Shown: positions 27,754-36,994 of the stretch, piece after piece | Position numbering within the stretch: position 1 is the first letter of the stretch | How the letters are laid out: every line of letters starts with the position of its first letter | Origin: Thermoplasmata archaeon | Lineage (GTDB): Archaea > Thermoplasmatota > Thermoplasmata > Lutacidiplasmatales > UBA184 | DNA length: 64,000 bases | Assembly (NCBI GenBank): GCA_035532555.1 | Contig: DATKQS010000024.1 | Span: forward strand, 11,225 to 75,224 | Direction: 5' to 3' | Position numbers and translations under genes: made by a program | The notes under the pieces: generated by a model | Databases searched by the model: none | What the model saw: only the letters and a program-made list of their open reading frames with translations | What the model was told of the DNA's origin: nothing

Positions 27754-29007
27754 TCTTTCTCGAATGGTCCGGATCTCCTCGCTGGTCAGTCCCGGCAGGG
27801 GATTGAGTCCCCTGTAAAGGACCGGTACCGTACCGACCCCCCATGCAATGGCCACTCCGAGAAGGATGGCCCCCGAGAACGGCGCCAACCAACTGGTACC
27901 TACCCATCCTCGGGCGCCCGCCGTTGCGGCGGCGGCCACCCCGGCAACCCATACCACGGAGAGCGCCCAGAGCATGCGTCGGGTCCAGGCGTGGGAGATA
28001 CGCTGGAACGGCGCGATCATCCCGAACCACATGGCCAGGATCATGAGCCCCACGAAGCCCAGGACGTTGACGAGTGCGTGGGCAATGACCAAGGTGTAAT
28101 TCGACTCGGAGACCATCCAGAGGCCGATCGCTCCACCGACCAGAAAGAACGTCGCTCCCATCAGGTGTAGGCCGGCCTCGGCACGACGAGTCCGGGCCCG
28201 CCTCACGAGGATGATCAGCATGGAAACGAACAGGATCCCGAATGCGGCCTCGGGCGCCGCGAAGACGACGATGTCGCCGGTCGGGAGAGGAGGGGTTGCG
28301 AGCATACCGCTGGGAACGAGGATCGCGCCCGCGATGGCGAGGCCGGCGAGCAGGTAGACCAGCGGACGCGAAACGTCTGCGCCCAGGAACCGGGGCACGA
28401 GGCGGAGGCTGACCGCCGTGATGAGGAGAATGACGTGCCCGAGGACGAACAGGTGTACCGCGCCGAGCCACCAGCCATACCCGGGCCCCTCCGCAAATCC
28501 GGAAAGGACGAACATCCCTCCCGCGCTCACCGCTGATGCCCACGAAGCAAGAAAGAGGGGAACCGTGACGGCATCGCCCGGCCGGGCCTCGGGACCGGGA
28601 GTCTCCACCCGGGGTTGAAAGAGTCCGTAGGCGAAGAGACCGGAAACAGTTCCCACGCCGCCCAGGAACAACATCGCCCCGAGGGAGAAGACCCATCCCG
28701 GGATTGGAGGTGAGGTCGCTTCGGAGAGGCCGACGGCCCCGAGGACGAGTCCCCCCTCGGCGAGGAGGAACGCAGCCTGAGCAACCCATGGGGGTGGCTG
28801 GGGTCGCCGAGCGATCGTCGGAAAGAGGTGGAGAGCGAATCCGGCCGTTGTGAACCCGACGAAGCCGATGAGGAGAAGCCAGAGGAGAAAGTCCCAACGC
28901 ACGGTGAGTGCCCCTACTCCCGAGCCCAGCAGCAACACGGCACCTGCCGCCGCGAGATGGACCAGAGCTGAGGTGAGAAACTGACGGGAAACAGCGGAGA
29001 GTGGCAC
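27739..29007 (-). CDS. Polytopic membrane protein (~12 TM), possibly NnrS-like, forming an operon with the hemerythrin gene
   Basis: 422 aa, strongly hydrophobic with about 12 predicted helices and conserved His (ALHLFPTIARR, HLFVLGHVILLI, HALVNVLGFV). Confidence 0.5.
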   Translation of the reverse strand: MPLSAVSRQFLTSALVHLAAAGAVLLLGSGVGALTVRWDFLLWLLLIGFVGFTTAGFALHLFPTIARRPQPPPWVAQAAFLLAEGGLVLGAVGLSEATSPPIPGWVFSLGAMLFLGGVGTVSGLFAYGLFQPRVETPGPEARPGDAVTVPLFLASWASAVSAGGMFVLSGFAEGPGYGWWLGAVHLFVLGHVILLITAVSLRLVPRFLGADVSRPLVYLLAGLAIAGAILVPSGMLATPPLPTGDIVVFAAPEAAFGILFVSMLIILVRRARTRRAEAGLHLMGATFFLVGGAIGLWMVSESNYTLVIAHALVNVLGFVGLMILAMWFGMIAPFQRISHAWTRRMLWALSVVWVAGVAAAATAGARGWVGTSWLAPFSGAILLGVAIAWGVGTVPVLYRGLNPLPGLTSEEIRTIRERWSSR

Positions 29008-29143
29008 GCCTCGCTAAGCGCTGGCGGACCTATATTCTCCGCTAGGCCCGCTCCGTGTCTCCGCCCTGACCCTCCAGCCTGCGCCGCACACGATGCTCTT
29101 GGACGTGCGTCGGTTCAGGGGCGACAGCGCTCTTTCGACCCGT

Positions 29144-29250
29144 AGAACTTCGATTGTGCAGATCGGCGTCGGAAGAGACTACGGACCACCACACGGATCG
29201 CTGGCCATTCGCGTCCGTCATCAGGAAAGTGGTTCGTAGTAGTACTCGCC
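29144..29250. repeat. Repeat copy C: ~88% identical to 2234-2342. It spans the native ABCE1 stop (29219-29221) plus ~75 bp downstream.
   Basis: Alignment with copy A. The core corresponds to the real ABCE1 C-terminus ...GEYYYEPLS*. Confidence 0.8.
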
Positions 29251-30996
29251 CGCCGACCGCTGCTCTCGATCGAGGGCCGAGCCTTCCTGGTTGATCCGCG
29301 GGCGTAGGGTTTCCGCGTCGCGGCGGAAGGTGATGTCGATGTTCCGCAGGAGGCGGTTCATCCCCTCCCGCATCGGAAAGGGGCCCTCGCCCAGACCGGC
29401 GGCGCCCGCATCGCGGGAGGAGAAGACCATCAACGCGTCGCACGCGATGTCGAGGAAGTACACGTCGTGGTCCACGACGAGGGCCGACATCGCTTGGCGT
29501 TCCACCTGGCGTCGGATCAGGCGCGCCATGGACATGCGCTCGTCGGCGTCCAGATAAGCGGAGGGCTCGTCCAGAAGATAGAGTTGCGCGGGGCGCGCGA
29601 GGGCGAGCGCCACGGCCGCCCGTTGGAGCTCTCCGCCCGAGAGATCGGGGAGCGCGACGTCGAGCACCTCGTCCAGGTGAAGGCCGGGAACCAAGTCGCG
29701 CTCGAAGAGCGCCGCGTCGAACGTCGGATCGGCCGCGAGGGCCACCATCCGCTCGCGTAGGCTCGCCTTGTGGGTCGCGCGGAGGTACTGCGGCTTGTAA
29801 CTGACGGTCACCGAGGCCGGAGGTGCGCCCCGGGTGGGGGATTCGACCCCGGCGAGCATGCGGACGAAGGTGGTCTTGCCGGTGGCGTTCGGCCCGACGA
29901 TTCCCACGGTCTCCCCCTTCGCGAGGCTCCCGGCGCCGACGGAGAGATGGAACTTCGGGAACTCTTTCTCGAGTGGGGGAAACGACACGATCGCATCGAG
30001 GCGGGTCGTGGGCTTGGGCGGATGCGCGACGAAGCGGATCGGGTCCGTGCGGAAGCGGACGTTCTCCTCCCGCAGGTAGCCCTGAAGGTAGGTGTTGATC
30101 GCGGTGCGCATGGGCATCGCGCGCGTGATGACCCCGAAGGCCGAGGACTCCCCGTACAGCAGATGCGCCTGGTCGGCGAGGTAGTCGAGCAGCGCGAGGT
30201 CGTGTTCGATCACGAGAACGCTCTTGCGCTCGCCGAGGCGGCGCAACGTCCGCGCGATCTGGAGGCGATGGACGATGTCGAGGTACCCCGAGGGCTCGTC
30301 AAAGAGGTAGAGATCGGCCTCGGTGGCGAGCGTCCGCGCGATCGCGGCGAGCTGGAGCTCTCCGCCCGAGAGCTCGGAAAGAGGTCGTTCGGCCCTCGCG
30401 CTCAGCCCGACCGAGTCGAGGGCCGGGGCGGCCTCGCCTCCGCCGGCCGCCACATACGCTTCCGCGGTCATCGGCTCATCCGCGATCCGATCCACGTACT
30501 GCGGCTTCACCACCGTGCGCAACTCGCCCCGAGCGATCTTCTGGAAGTGGGCGTGCAGGGTTGTCCCGCGGTAATGCTCGACGACGGCCTCCCACTCCGG
30601 ACGCTTCGTGTAGTCTCCGAGATTGGGGATCTCGACACCGGCGAGAATCCGGAGCGCCGTGGACTTCCCGGTTCCGTTCGGACCCAGGAGTCCCGTGATC
30701 CCCTTGCTGGGAGGCGCGGGGAGCCGGTAGAGGCGGAACCCGTTGTAGCCGTACCGGTGCACGATCTCCGATTCGTCCGCCTCGGGGGTGTTGAGGATCT
30801 TGATCGCGTCGAACGGGCACTTGTGGATGCAGATCCCGCAACCGATGCACAGGGTCTCGGAGATGATCGGCTTGCCGGTGGGCCCCTCGACGATGCAGGC
30901 CTGCCCCATTCGGTTCACCGGGCAGTACTCCGCGCACTCCCACTGGCACTCCTTGGGGTGACAGCGGTCGTTCAGCAGGATGGCGATCCGGCTCAT
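29221..30996 (-). CDS. abce1: ABCE1/RLI ribosome-recycling factor (Fe-S cluster domain plus twin ABC ATPase)
   Basis: N-terminal MSRIAILLNDRCHPKECQWECAEYCPVNRMG...CIGCGICIHKCPFDAI (two 4Fe-4S motifs). Two NBDs (GLLGPNGTGKST, GIVGPNATGKTT). C-terminus ...ITFRRD...YYYEPLS. Confidence 0.95.
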   Translation of the reverse strand: MSRIAILLNDRCHPKECQWECAEYCPVNRMGQACIVEGPTGKPIISETLCIGCGICIHKCPFDAIKILNTPEADESEIVHRYGYNGFRLYRLPAPPSKGITGLLGPNGTGKSTALRILAGVEIPNLGDYTKRPEWEAVVEHYRGTTLHAHFQKIARGELRTVVKPQYVDRIADEPMTAEAYVAAGGGEAAPALDSVGLSARAERPLSELSGGELQLAAIARTLATEADLYLFDEPSGYLDIVHRLQIARTLRRLGERKSVLVIEHDLALLDYLADQAHLLYGESSAFGVITRAMPMRTAINTYLQGYLREENVRFRTDPIRFVAHPPKPTTRLDAIVSFPPLEKEFPKFHLSVGAGSLAKGETVGIVGPNATGKTTFVRMLAGVESPTRGAPPASVTVSYKPQYLRATHKASLRERMVALAADPTFDAALFERDLVPGLHLDEVLDVALPDLSGGELQRAAVALALARPAQLYLLDEPSAYLDADERMSMARLIRRQVERQAMSALVVDHDVYFLDIACDALMVFSSRDAGAAGLGEGPFPMREGMNRLLRNIDITFRRDAETLRPRINQEGSALDREQRSAGEYYYEPLS

Positions 30997-30999
30997 CGC

Positions 31000-31704
31000 T
31001 CACTCCTCCCGACGATCGTCGACGACCCGGCCGTCCCGCATCGTGATGTGCCGGTGGGAGCGGGCCGCCACCTCCGGATTGTGGGTGACGGTCACGACGG
31101 TCGCGCCGGAAGCGGATCCGACCGAGTCGATCAGGGCGAGGACGGTCTCCGTCGCTGCGCTGTCGAGCTCCCCGGTCGGCTCATCCGCGAGCAAGAGGCC
31201 CGGACGGTTCGCGAGCGCCCTCGCGATCGCGACGCGCTGTTCCTCTCCGCCGGAGAGCTGATGCGGGAACGAGCCCGCGCGGGGAGCGAGACCTACCTCC
31301 TCGAGGAGCTCGTCCGCCCGGTGGGCACGCTCGGCCCGGTCCACACCGGCGGCGCGCATGGGCAGTTCGATGTTCTCGCGGGCGGTCATCGTGGGGAGTA
31401 GGTAGAAGCGCTGAAAGATGAATCCAATCCCCGTCAGGCGCAGGTGGGCCCGCTCTCGCTCGGAGCGCCCTCCGACGGGCCGTCCGTTCCACCGGACCTC
31501 TCCGGCGGTCGGGGTGTCAAGCAGCCCGAGCATGTTCATCAGCGTCGTCTTTCCGCATCCGCTCGGGCCCGCGACGCTGACCCGCTCCCCGGGTTCGAGG
31601 GTCAAGGAGATGTCTCGGAGGGCATCGACAGGGGTCGTCGAAGGAAGGTAACGCTTCCACACCCGGACGATCTCGATGGTCGGAGCCGGGCTCAGCGGGT
31701 TCAT
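31000..31704 (-). CDS. ABC transporter ATP-binding protein (MacB/LolD-type)
   Basis: Walker A (GPSGCGKTT), LSGGEEQRVAIARAL, and LLLADEPTGELD. Confidence 0.9.
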   Translation of the reverse strand: MNPLSPAPTIEIVRVWKRYLPSTTPVDALRDISLTLEPGERVSVAGPSGCGKTTLMNMLGLLDTPTAGEVRWNGRPVGGRSERERAHLRLTGIGFIFQRFYLLPTMTARENIELPMRAAGVDRAERAHRADELLEEVGLAPRAGSFPHQLSGGEEQRVAIARALANRPGLLLADEPTGELDSAATETVLALIDSVGSASGATVVTVTHNPEVAARSHRHITMRDGRVVDDRREE

Positions 31705-32954
31705 CGCAGCGCCTCCACGATGTCCAGGCGCATCGCCGAGCGCGCGGCGAGGCCGCTCGCGAGGCAGGCGAGCGCCAGCACGCCGGCCGCGATCAAGCCG
31801 AGCAGGATCGGGTCGTACGTCGCGAGCGACGCGGCCTGCTTCACGGCGCCCGTCCCGTACGCCGCGAGGATCGAGATCACGATCACCCCGAGCGCCGTAC
31901 CGCCGACGATCCCGGCCGCCGCGAGAGCCTCTCCGCGGGCGAGAATGCCGACCGCTATCCAGCGGGGCGGCAGACCGAGGGCCCGGCGGATCCCGATCGA
32001 ACGACGCTCCGACTCCACGCGCCGGATGAGGACGATGGCGAGAAAGATGAGCCCGACCGCAAGACCCACGGAGGACAGGGCCAGATAGAACCCGGTCAGG
32101 ATCGCGTTGGCGTTCTCGAGTTGCTGCGCCTGCTGCAGCTGGGTGGTGACGCCGTAGTACGGGACGAGCGACTGGATCTGAGCGGCGACCGCATTGATCT
32201 GGGACGGATCGTTCTCGGCGGTCCCGCTCAGAGCGACCTGGACCGTGTCCGAGGCGTCGAGGAGGGAGGAGGGAGTCGCGCTCGTCCGCGCCCAGCCCGT
32301 CAGCACTTGGAGATCGGACAGGGGAACGATCACGGCGAACGCCCCGGTCGGGCCCAGAAGGGATGGCGGGACTCCGAACACCCCGGTGACGCGGTAGGCG
32401 GTACCGAGGCTCTGATTCGCGGAGGGCGACAGCACGATCGACTGGCCGACCCGGATGCCCGACGCGGCCTCGAACGGGGTGGAGATGAGGACATCGAGGG
32501 TCGTCGGCCCCGCGTACGTCCCGTTGGCGTAGTGGATCAGGTCGGTCGGATCGCCGAGCGGCAGCGGAGACGGAAACAGGCCGGCCTCGGATGGGCCGAG
32601 GGTCGGAGTGAACTGATCGGGGATGACCCCCTCCGCCAGCACCGCGGTCGGGGTGATGCCTCCGGCGTAGATGTCGATCGGAACGCTGAGCACCGGGGAG
32701 GAGGCCGCGACGCGCGGGATCGCATTGAACTCCGAAACGAGCCCATGGGACAACGAGACCCCGTGCATCCCGGCCGACGACACCGAGATCACGTACCCGG
32801 TTTGCTGCAACTGGGCAATCTCGTGCGCCGACACTCCTCCGCCCACCGATACGAGGATCACGGGGAGGGCTACCGCGACCGCGATCGCGATCGCGGCGAG
32901 CACGATCTGTAGGCGGGAGTGGCGGGTCGGGCTCCGCCAGGAGATCGATCTCAT
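31701..32954 (-). CDS. ABC transporter permease, FtsX/MacB-like
   Basis: N-terminal TM, large periplasmic loop, C-terminal FtsX-type 3-TM bundle. 4-nt overlaps with both neighbours. Confidence 0.75.
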   Translation of the reverse strand: MRSISWRSPTRHSRLQIVLAAIAIAVAVALPVILVSVGGGVSAHEIAQLQQTGYVISVSSAGMHGVSLSHGLVSEFNAIPRVAASSPVLSVPIDIYAGGITPTAVLAEGVIPDQFTPTLGPSEAGLFPSPLPLGDPTDLIHYANGTYAGPTTLDVLISTPFEAASGIRVGQSIVLSPSANQSLGTAYRVTGVFGVPPSLLGPTGAFAVIVPLSDLQVLTGWARTSATPSSLLDASDTVQVALSGTAENDPSQINAVAAQIQSLVPYYGVTTQLQQAQQLENANAILTGFYLALSSVGLAVGLIFLAIVLIRRVESERRSIGIRRALGLPPRWIAVGILARGEALAAAGIVGGTALGVIVISILAAYGTGAVKQAASLATYDPILLGLIAAGVLALACLASGLAARSAMRLDIVEALR

Positions 32955-34258
32955 GGCGCGCGCAGCTCCTCGGCGATCGGCAGCTGCATTGCCCGGGCGG
33001 CCGGCGCGATGCCGGCGACGAGGCCTATCGCGACGACGATCGCGACGCCTGTCCCGATCACCCCGAAATCGAAGGAGACGAAGGAGAACCCGGCCGGGAG
33101 CCCGCTGACTCGCTGGAGCAGGATGATGTTGAGCGCGTTGGTGGCGAGGAAGGCGAGCGGCAATCCGATCGCGAGACCGATGAGGGAGAGGAGGACCGAT
33201 TCCTCCACGACCATCCGCCCGACGGAGGCTCGCGTGTGGCCGATCGCGCGACGCAGCGCGATCTCCCGGGAGCGATCGTCAACGCTCATCAGGACGACGG
33301 TGGTCGTGAACAGCGCCGCCACCACGAGACCGATCGCGCCGACGATCTCCCCGAACGTGCGGTAGAGCGAGACCGCGTCCTGGATGGCCCCCAGGATGCT
33401 CTGGAGCGTGAAGACGCTCAGTTGGGGGAACGCTCCTGCGATCCGGGTCGCGTCCGCGGATGGATTGGATGCGTTGTATAGGTGGATGAGGATCAGCGAG
33501 GCGTAGTCCGTCGACGCGTGCGCGCTTCCGAGCATCGTCTGGAGCTCGGAGAGGTAGAAGAACCCGAGGAACGCCGATGGCAGAAGCCAGAAGGGCCCCG
33601 AGATGCCGACGACCCGGAACCCCGTCGCCTGAGCATACCATCCTTGCACCTGCGTGGGACCCGAGGCAGACGATGGGCTCGCCCACACGAGGTCGCCCAC
33701 GTCCACATGCATCACCGACGCGAGGCCCTGATCGAGCACGACCTCGCCGGTCGCGGGGCCGTTGTACGTCCCGTTCGCGTAGTGGGGATCTCCGGGGTAG
33801 GTGAACCCGGGTCCGGAGTAGAGCGTCGGGACCTCGATCCCGGTGTTGTCGGAGGGAATCCAGCCCACGGATCCCGATCCGGTCAGGGCCCACGCGCTCG
33901 GGATCGCGCTGCCGTTTTGAGAGCTGTTCGCGGCGGCCCATAATGACGCATTCCCGAACACGAGATCGCTGAGGAGCCACGGGCTCGCGACCTCGACGTT
34001 GGAGTCGGTCGCCGGGATCTGCTTCGAGAGGGGGTGCGCCTGCAGGATGGGGGGGAAGGTCGACGAGGAGAGGCTCGTGTTCGCGCTCGTCGAGAGCAGA
34101 TCGATGCCGCTCGATGTGGCCAGCTGGGTCGAGTTCGTCTGGATGCCCGAGGAAAGGGCGAGGAGGAGGACGACCAGTGCGGCCGCAAGACCGATGCCGA
34201 GCGACGCCAGGCTCGAGCGACCGGGTCTTCGCCGGATCGCATCGAAGGCCGGGTGCAC
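32951..34258 (-). CDS. ABC transporter permease, FtsX/MacB-like (second permease)
   Basis: Same architecture as 31701..32954, with C-terminal ...IALRRAIGHTRASVGRMVVEESVLLSLIGLAIGLPLAF... Confidence 0.75.
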   Translation of the reverse strand: MHPAFDAIRRRPGRSSLASLGIGLAAALVVLLLALSSGIQTNSTQLATSSGIDLLSTSANTSLSSSTFPPILQAHPLSKQIPATDSNVEVASPWLLSDLVFGNASLWAAANSSQNGSAIPSAWALTGSGSVGWIPSDNTGIEVPTLYSGPGFTYPGDPHYANGTYNGPATGEVVLDQGLASVMHVDVGDLVWASPSSASGPTQVQGWYAQATGFRVVGISGPFWLLPSAFLGFFYLSELQTMLGSAHASTDYASLILIHLYNASNPSADATRIAGAFPQLSVFTLQSILGAIQDAVSLYRTFGEIVGAIGLVVAALFTTTVVLMSVDDRSREIALRRAIGHTRASVGRMVVEESVLLSLIGLAIGLPLAFLATNALNIILLQRVSGLPAGFSFVSFDFGVIGTGVAIVVAIGLVAGIAPAARAMQLPIAEELRAP

Positions 34259-34274
34259 GGCTACCTCGCCCGAC

Positions 34275-35195
34275 CTACGACTCCGATGGTCGACGGAGCT
34301 CGCCGAACGTCGTCTCGTGCGAGGATTCGACGTTGTACTTGTGGATCGACTCTTCGCTGACGGTTCCTACGCGCACGACGACGTGGTCCGGTATCTTGGG
34401 AAACCGGGCGGGGAGATCGGCGAGCAGATCGCGCATCACGTCCTCGACGAACTTCGGATTGCGGTGGGCGTTCAGGACGAGCTGGGCCTCGTCTCCGCGC
34501 TTGAGGATCGCGTAGGTCGGCGAGGACTGGGCGTGCTCGATTGCCTCCAACAGATGCGTGGCATCGACCTCGATCCCCGGTGGGAGCTCGAACAATAGAC
34601 GCGTGCGGTTGCGCTGGTTGTGGGTGATCATCGGCAGACCCTTCAGCGAAGGATCCGCCAGCAGCGGGTACTCGGCCGTCAGGCGCTCGCGGCACGTCTC
34701 CATCGCGCAGGGACACGCCGTCATCCCGACGGCCTCGGCGCCGATGCCCCGGGTCAGGGTCACCTGGCCGTCGGCCCCCCGGTGGGCGCGGGTCTCGGCG
34801 AGGATGGTGAAATCCTCGAAGCTCTCTCGCCCCGGAGCGATCCCCTTCCTGAGGAAGAACTCCGCCTCCGCACTGACGGTCGCGTCGTTCGCGTATTGGT
34901 GCCGTACGAGGAGCTCCTCGGCGATCTTGGCGCACGCGGCCTCGAAGCTCTCCACGGGCTTCTGCGCGGTCCAGTCGACGATCTCCGCCAGGAGCTCCGC
35001 GTTCCGAGAGAGATCGGATCCCTTGCGGTGGGCCGGAAGGTCGACCGCGACGCTGAAGCTCGCGCTGAGGACGTGGTCGATCCCGTCGCGGATGACGTGG
35101 ATCGGTTTGCGGATCCCGGTGATCCCGACCTGGCGGAGCTCGTACCGCCCGCGCGTCGGCGCCATCGCGTGGACGTCCTTCATCGGTCGCTCCAC
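34275..35195 (-). CDS. mptA: GTP cyclohydrolase MptA (FolE2 / GTP cyclohydrolase IV family)
   Basis: 306 aa. GITGIRKPIHV..., GMTACPCAME Cys motif, and length typical of FolE2/MptA. Confidence 0.65.
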   Translation of the reverse strand: MERPMKDVHAMAPTRGRYELRQVGITGIRKPIHVIRDGIDHVLSASFSVAVDLPAHRKGSDLSRNAELLAEIVDWTAQKPVESFEAACAKIAEELLVRHQYANDATVSAEAEFFLRKGIAPGRESFEDFTILAETRAHRGADGQVTLTRGIGAEAVGMTACPCAMETCRERLTAEYPLLADPSLKGLPMITHNQRNRTRLLFELPPGIEVDATHLLEAIEHAQSSPTYAILKRGDEAQLVLNAHRNPKFVEDVMRDLLADLPARFPKIPDHVVVRVGTVSEESIHKYNVESSHETTFGELRRPSES

Positions 35196-35289
35196 GAGAA
35201 GAGGGTCTTTAACTCGTTCCCCCGGCGCTCTAGCACGGACACCCGGCGGGAGTACGCCTTATACGAAGCGTGCCGGTGTACACCTTCGT

Positions 35290-35688
35290 ATGTCCGAAGA
35301 CGTGCCGTCCCCTCCCGTCGCTCCCGCCAGTACACCCGCTTCCGCGCCCGGGGCTTCCCCCGTGGTCACGGGGCAGGGCGGGCTCTACGCGGAACGGGAA
35401 GCGAAACTCGTCGCCGAACTCAAGAAGATCTACGACCCGGAGATCCCGATGAACATCGTCGATCTCGGCCTCATCTACGGGTTCGATTGGACGGGCGATG
35501 ATGTCGTCCTCCGAATGACCCTGACCGCGCCCGGCTGCCCGGTCGCCGGGATCCTCGCCGACGAGATCAAGGCCGCGATGGAGAAAGTGCCCGACGTGCA
35601 CTCCGCCAAGGTCGATATGATCTGGGATCCCCCCTGGACGCCGGACCGGATGAGCGACTTCGCGAAACGCCAGTTCGGATACGCGTGA
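35290..35688 (+). CDS. DUF59-domain protein (MIP18/SufT-like Fe-S cluster assembly factor)
   Basis: YDPEIPMNIVDLGLIYGFDW...MTLTAPGCPVAGIL...IWDPPWTPDRMSDFAKRQFGYA. Start at MSEDVP (ATG 35290). The longer ORF from 34558 is antisense overlap of mptA. Confidence 0.75.
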   Translation: MSEDVPSPPVAPASTPASAPGASPVVTGQGGLYAEREAKLVAELKKIYDPEIPMNIVDLGLIYGFDWTGDDVVLRMTLTAPGCPVAGILADEIKAAMEKVPDVHSAKVDMIWDPPWTPDRMSDFAKRQFGYA

Positions 35689-35735
35689 TCCCCCCGGCGA
35701 ACCGTTAAGGCAGCCGACCGGTCGGACAGGCTCGC

Positions 35736-36422
35736 ATGCCCGGAATCGAGAGCGAGTGGCGCAAGGCTATCGAGGAGGAGCGCGCGCTCAAGGACGAGTT
35801 CATGGCCCGTCATACGGAGTCACCGTTCGTGGCCGAACGGGTTCCCTTCAACCCTCTGAACTACTTTCCGGTCGACGCCAAGTACCGCCTGCCGGCGCGG
35901 CTCGAGCGCCGAGCGACCCCCGAGGAGGCGTTCCTGCGCACCAACCGCGACGGTTCCGCCGTCATGCGGTACCTGGGGGACCTGGTCTTCTCCCTGGAAG
36001 GACACCGCCATCGTCTTCGGGTCTACCACGCGGGGGAGGGAGTAGGGACGAGCGTCTTCGTACCGTTCCGCGACCGCACGAGCGGAAAGGAGTCCTACGG
36101 ACCGGGACGCTACCTCGTCTTCACCTTGACAGAAGACGACCGCTACGATCTCGATTTCAACGCCGCGTTCAATCCGTACTGTGCGTACACGGACGCCTAC
36201 GAATGTGGCTTCCCGCCCGCCGAGAACGATCTGCCGATCGCCATCCGGGCCGGGGAGAAGGCCTGGTTGAAAGACGCGAACCCGAGCTCGCCCTCCGGCG
36301 CGATCCTCGAGATGACTCGCAGGCAGCTAGCCGCCCGGGCGCGCAAGCCGGCGCCGAAGACGCCGGCCAAGGCCCGACCGCGCCGCGCAACGACGGCGGG
36401 CCGGCGCCGTACTCGCTCCTGA
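35736..36422 (+). CDS. DUF1684-domain protein
   Basis: WRKAIEEERALKDEFMARHTESPF...FNPLNYFPVD..YRL.ARLE.....L..NRDGSA..Y matches the DUF1684 signature. Confidence 0.65.
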   Translation: MPGIESEWRKAIEEERALKDEFMARHTESPFVAERVPFNPLNYFPVDAKYRLPARLERRATPEEAFLRTNRDGSAVMRYLGDLVFSLEGHRHRLRVYHAGEGVGTSVFVPFRDRTSGKESYGPGRYLVFTLTEDDRYDLDFNAAFNPYCAYTDAYECGFPPAENDLPIAIRAGEKAWLKDANPSSPSGAILEMTRRQLAARARKPAPKTPAKARPRRATTAGRRRTRS

Positions 36423-36536
36423 GCGGGAAAGACTCAAGCCACGCCATCGTATTGCAATCGCCGACGGCTGTGGAGTCAGCCGCCGCGCTCACGCGCGGGA
36501 ACCGCCCTCGACGCCAATGACTCCTGGGAGGAGGAA

Positions 36537-36980
36537 ATGGGTGGAGCAAGGCGGAACGTGACACGTGCCGAGCAGAGCGTGTCCTCTGAGAAGATCGCCC
36601 TTTCGGCGGAACTACGCAGGGCGCTTGCGCCTTGGATCGACGTGGACGCAGTGGATGGGGAGGCGTTCGAGGCGTGGCTCTTCACGGTGCTCGCGATCCT
36701 TCCTCGCCCCGACTCACCCGCGGCCGTGAAGGACGGGGATCGGGTCCGGGCTCTCTCTCTCGCGCTCGTCCACGCGGCGCAGGAGCGCGCGGTGAGCCAC
36801 TTTCAAGCGGCCGAATATTTCCGCGACAACCAGATGCTTGCACGACGGGTCAAGGCCTTGGAGGCGATCCTGAGGGCAGCGAAACAGCGGGGATTCGCGA
36901 GCCCGGAGCCCACCGAAGATGCCCTCGGAAGCCGCGCCGCTGCCCGGTACCTGCCTCGCGGGAACGAATCCGAACCGTAG
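36537..36980 (+). CDS. Hypothetical protein
   Basis: 147-aa ORF with protein-like composition and no recognisable family. Confidence 0.35.
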   Translation: MGGARRNVTRAEQSVSSEKIALSAELRRALAPWIDVDAVDGEAFEAWLFTVLAILPRPDSPAAVKDGDRVRALSLALVHAAQERAVSHFQAAEYFRDNQMLARRVKALEAILRAAKQRGFASPEPTEDALGSRAAARYLPRGNESEP

Positions 36981-36994
36981 ACCTCCGTCGGCGC

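Noticed and set aside
27754-28897. Long 539-aa ORF (27278..28897) in an alternative frame of the 12-TM membrane gene
   Set aside because: Only its last 158 codons (hemerythrin domain) are real. The rest is an out-of-frame reading of the membrane protein gene 27739..29007, which has a coherent TM profile.
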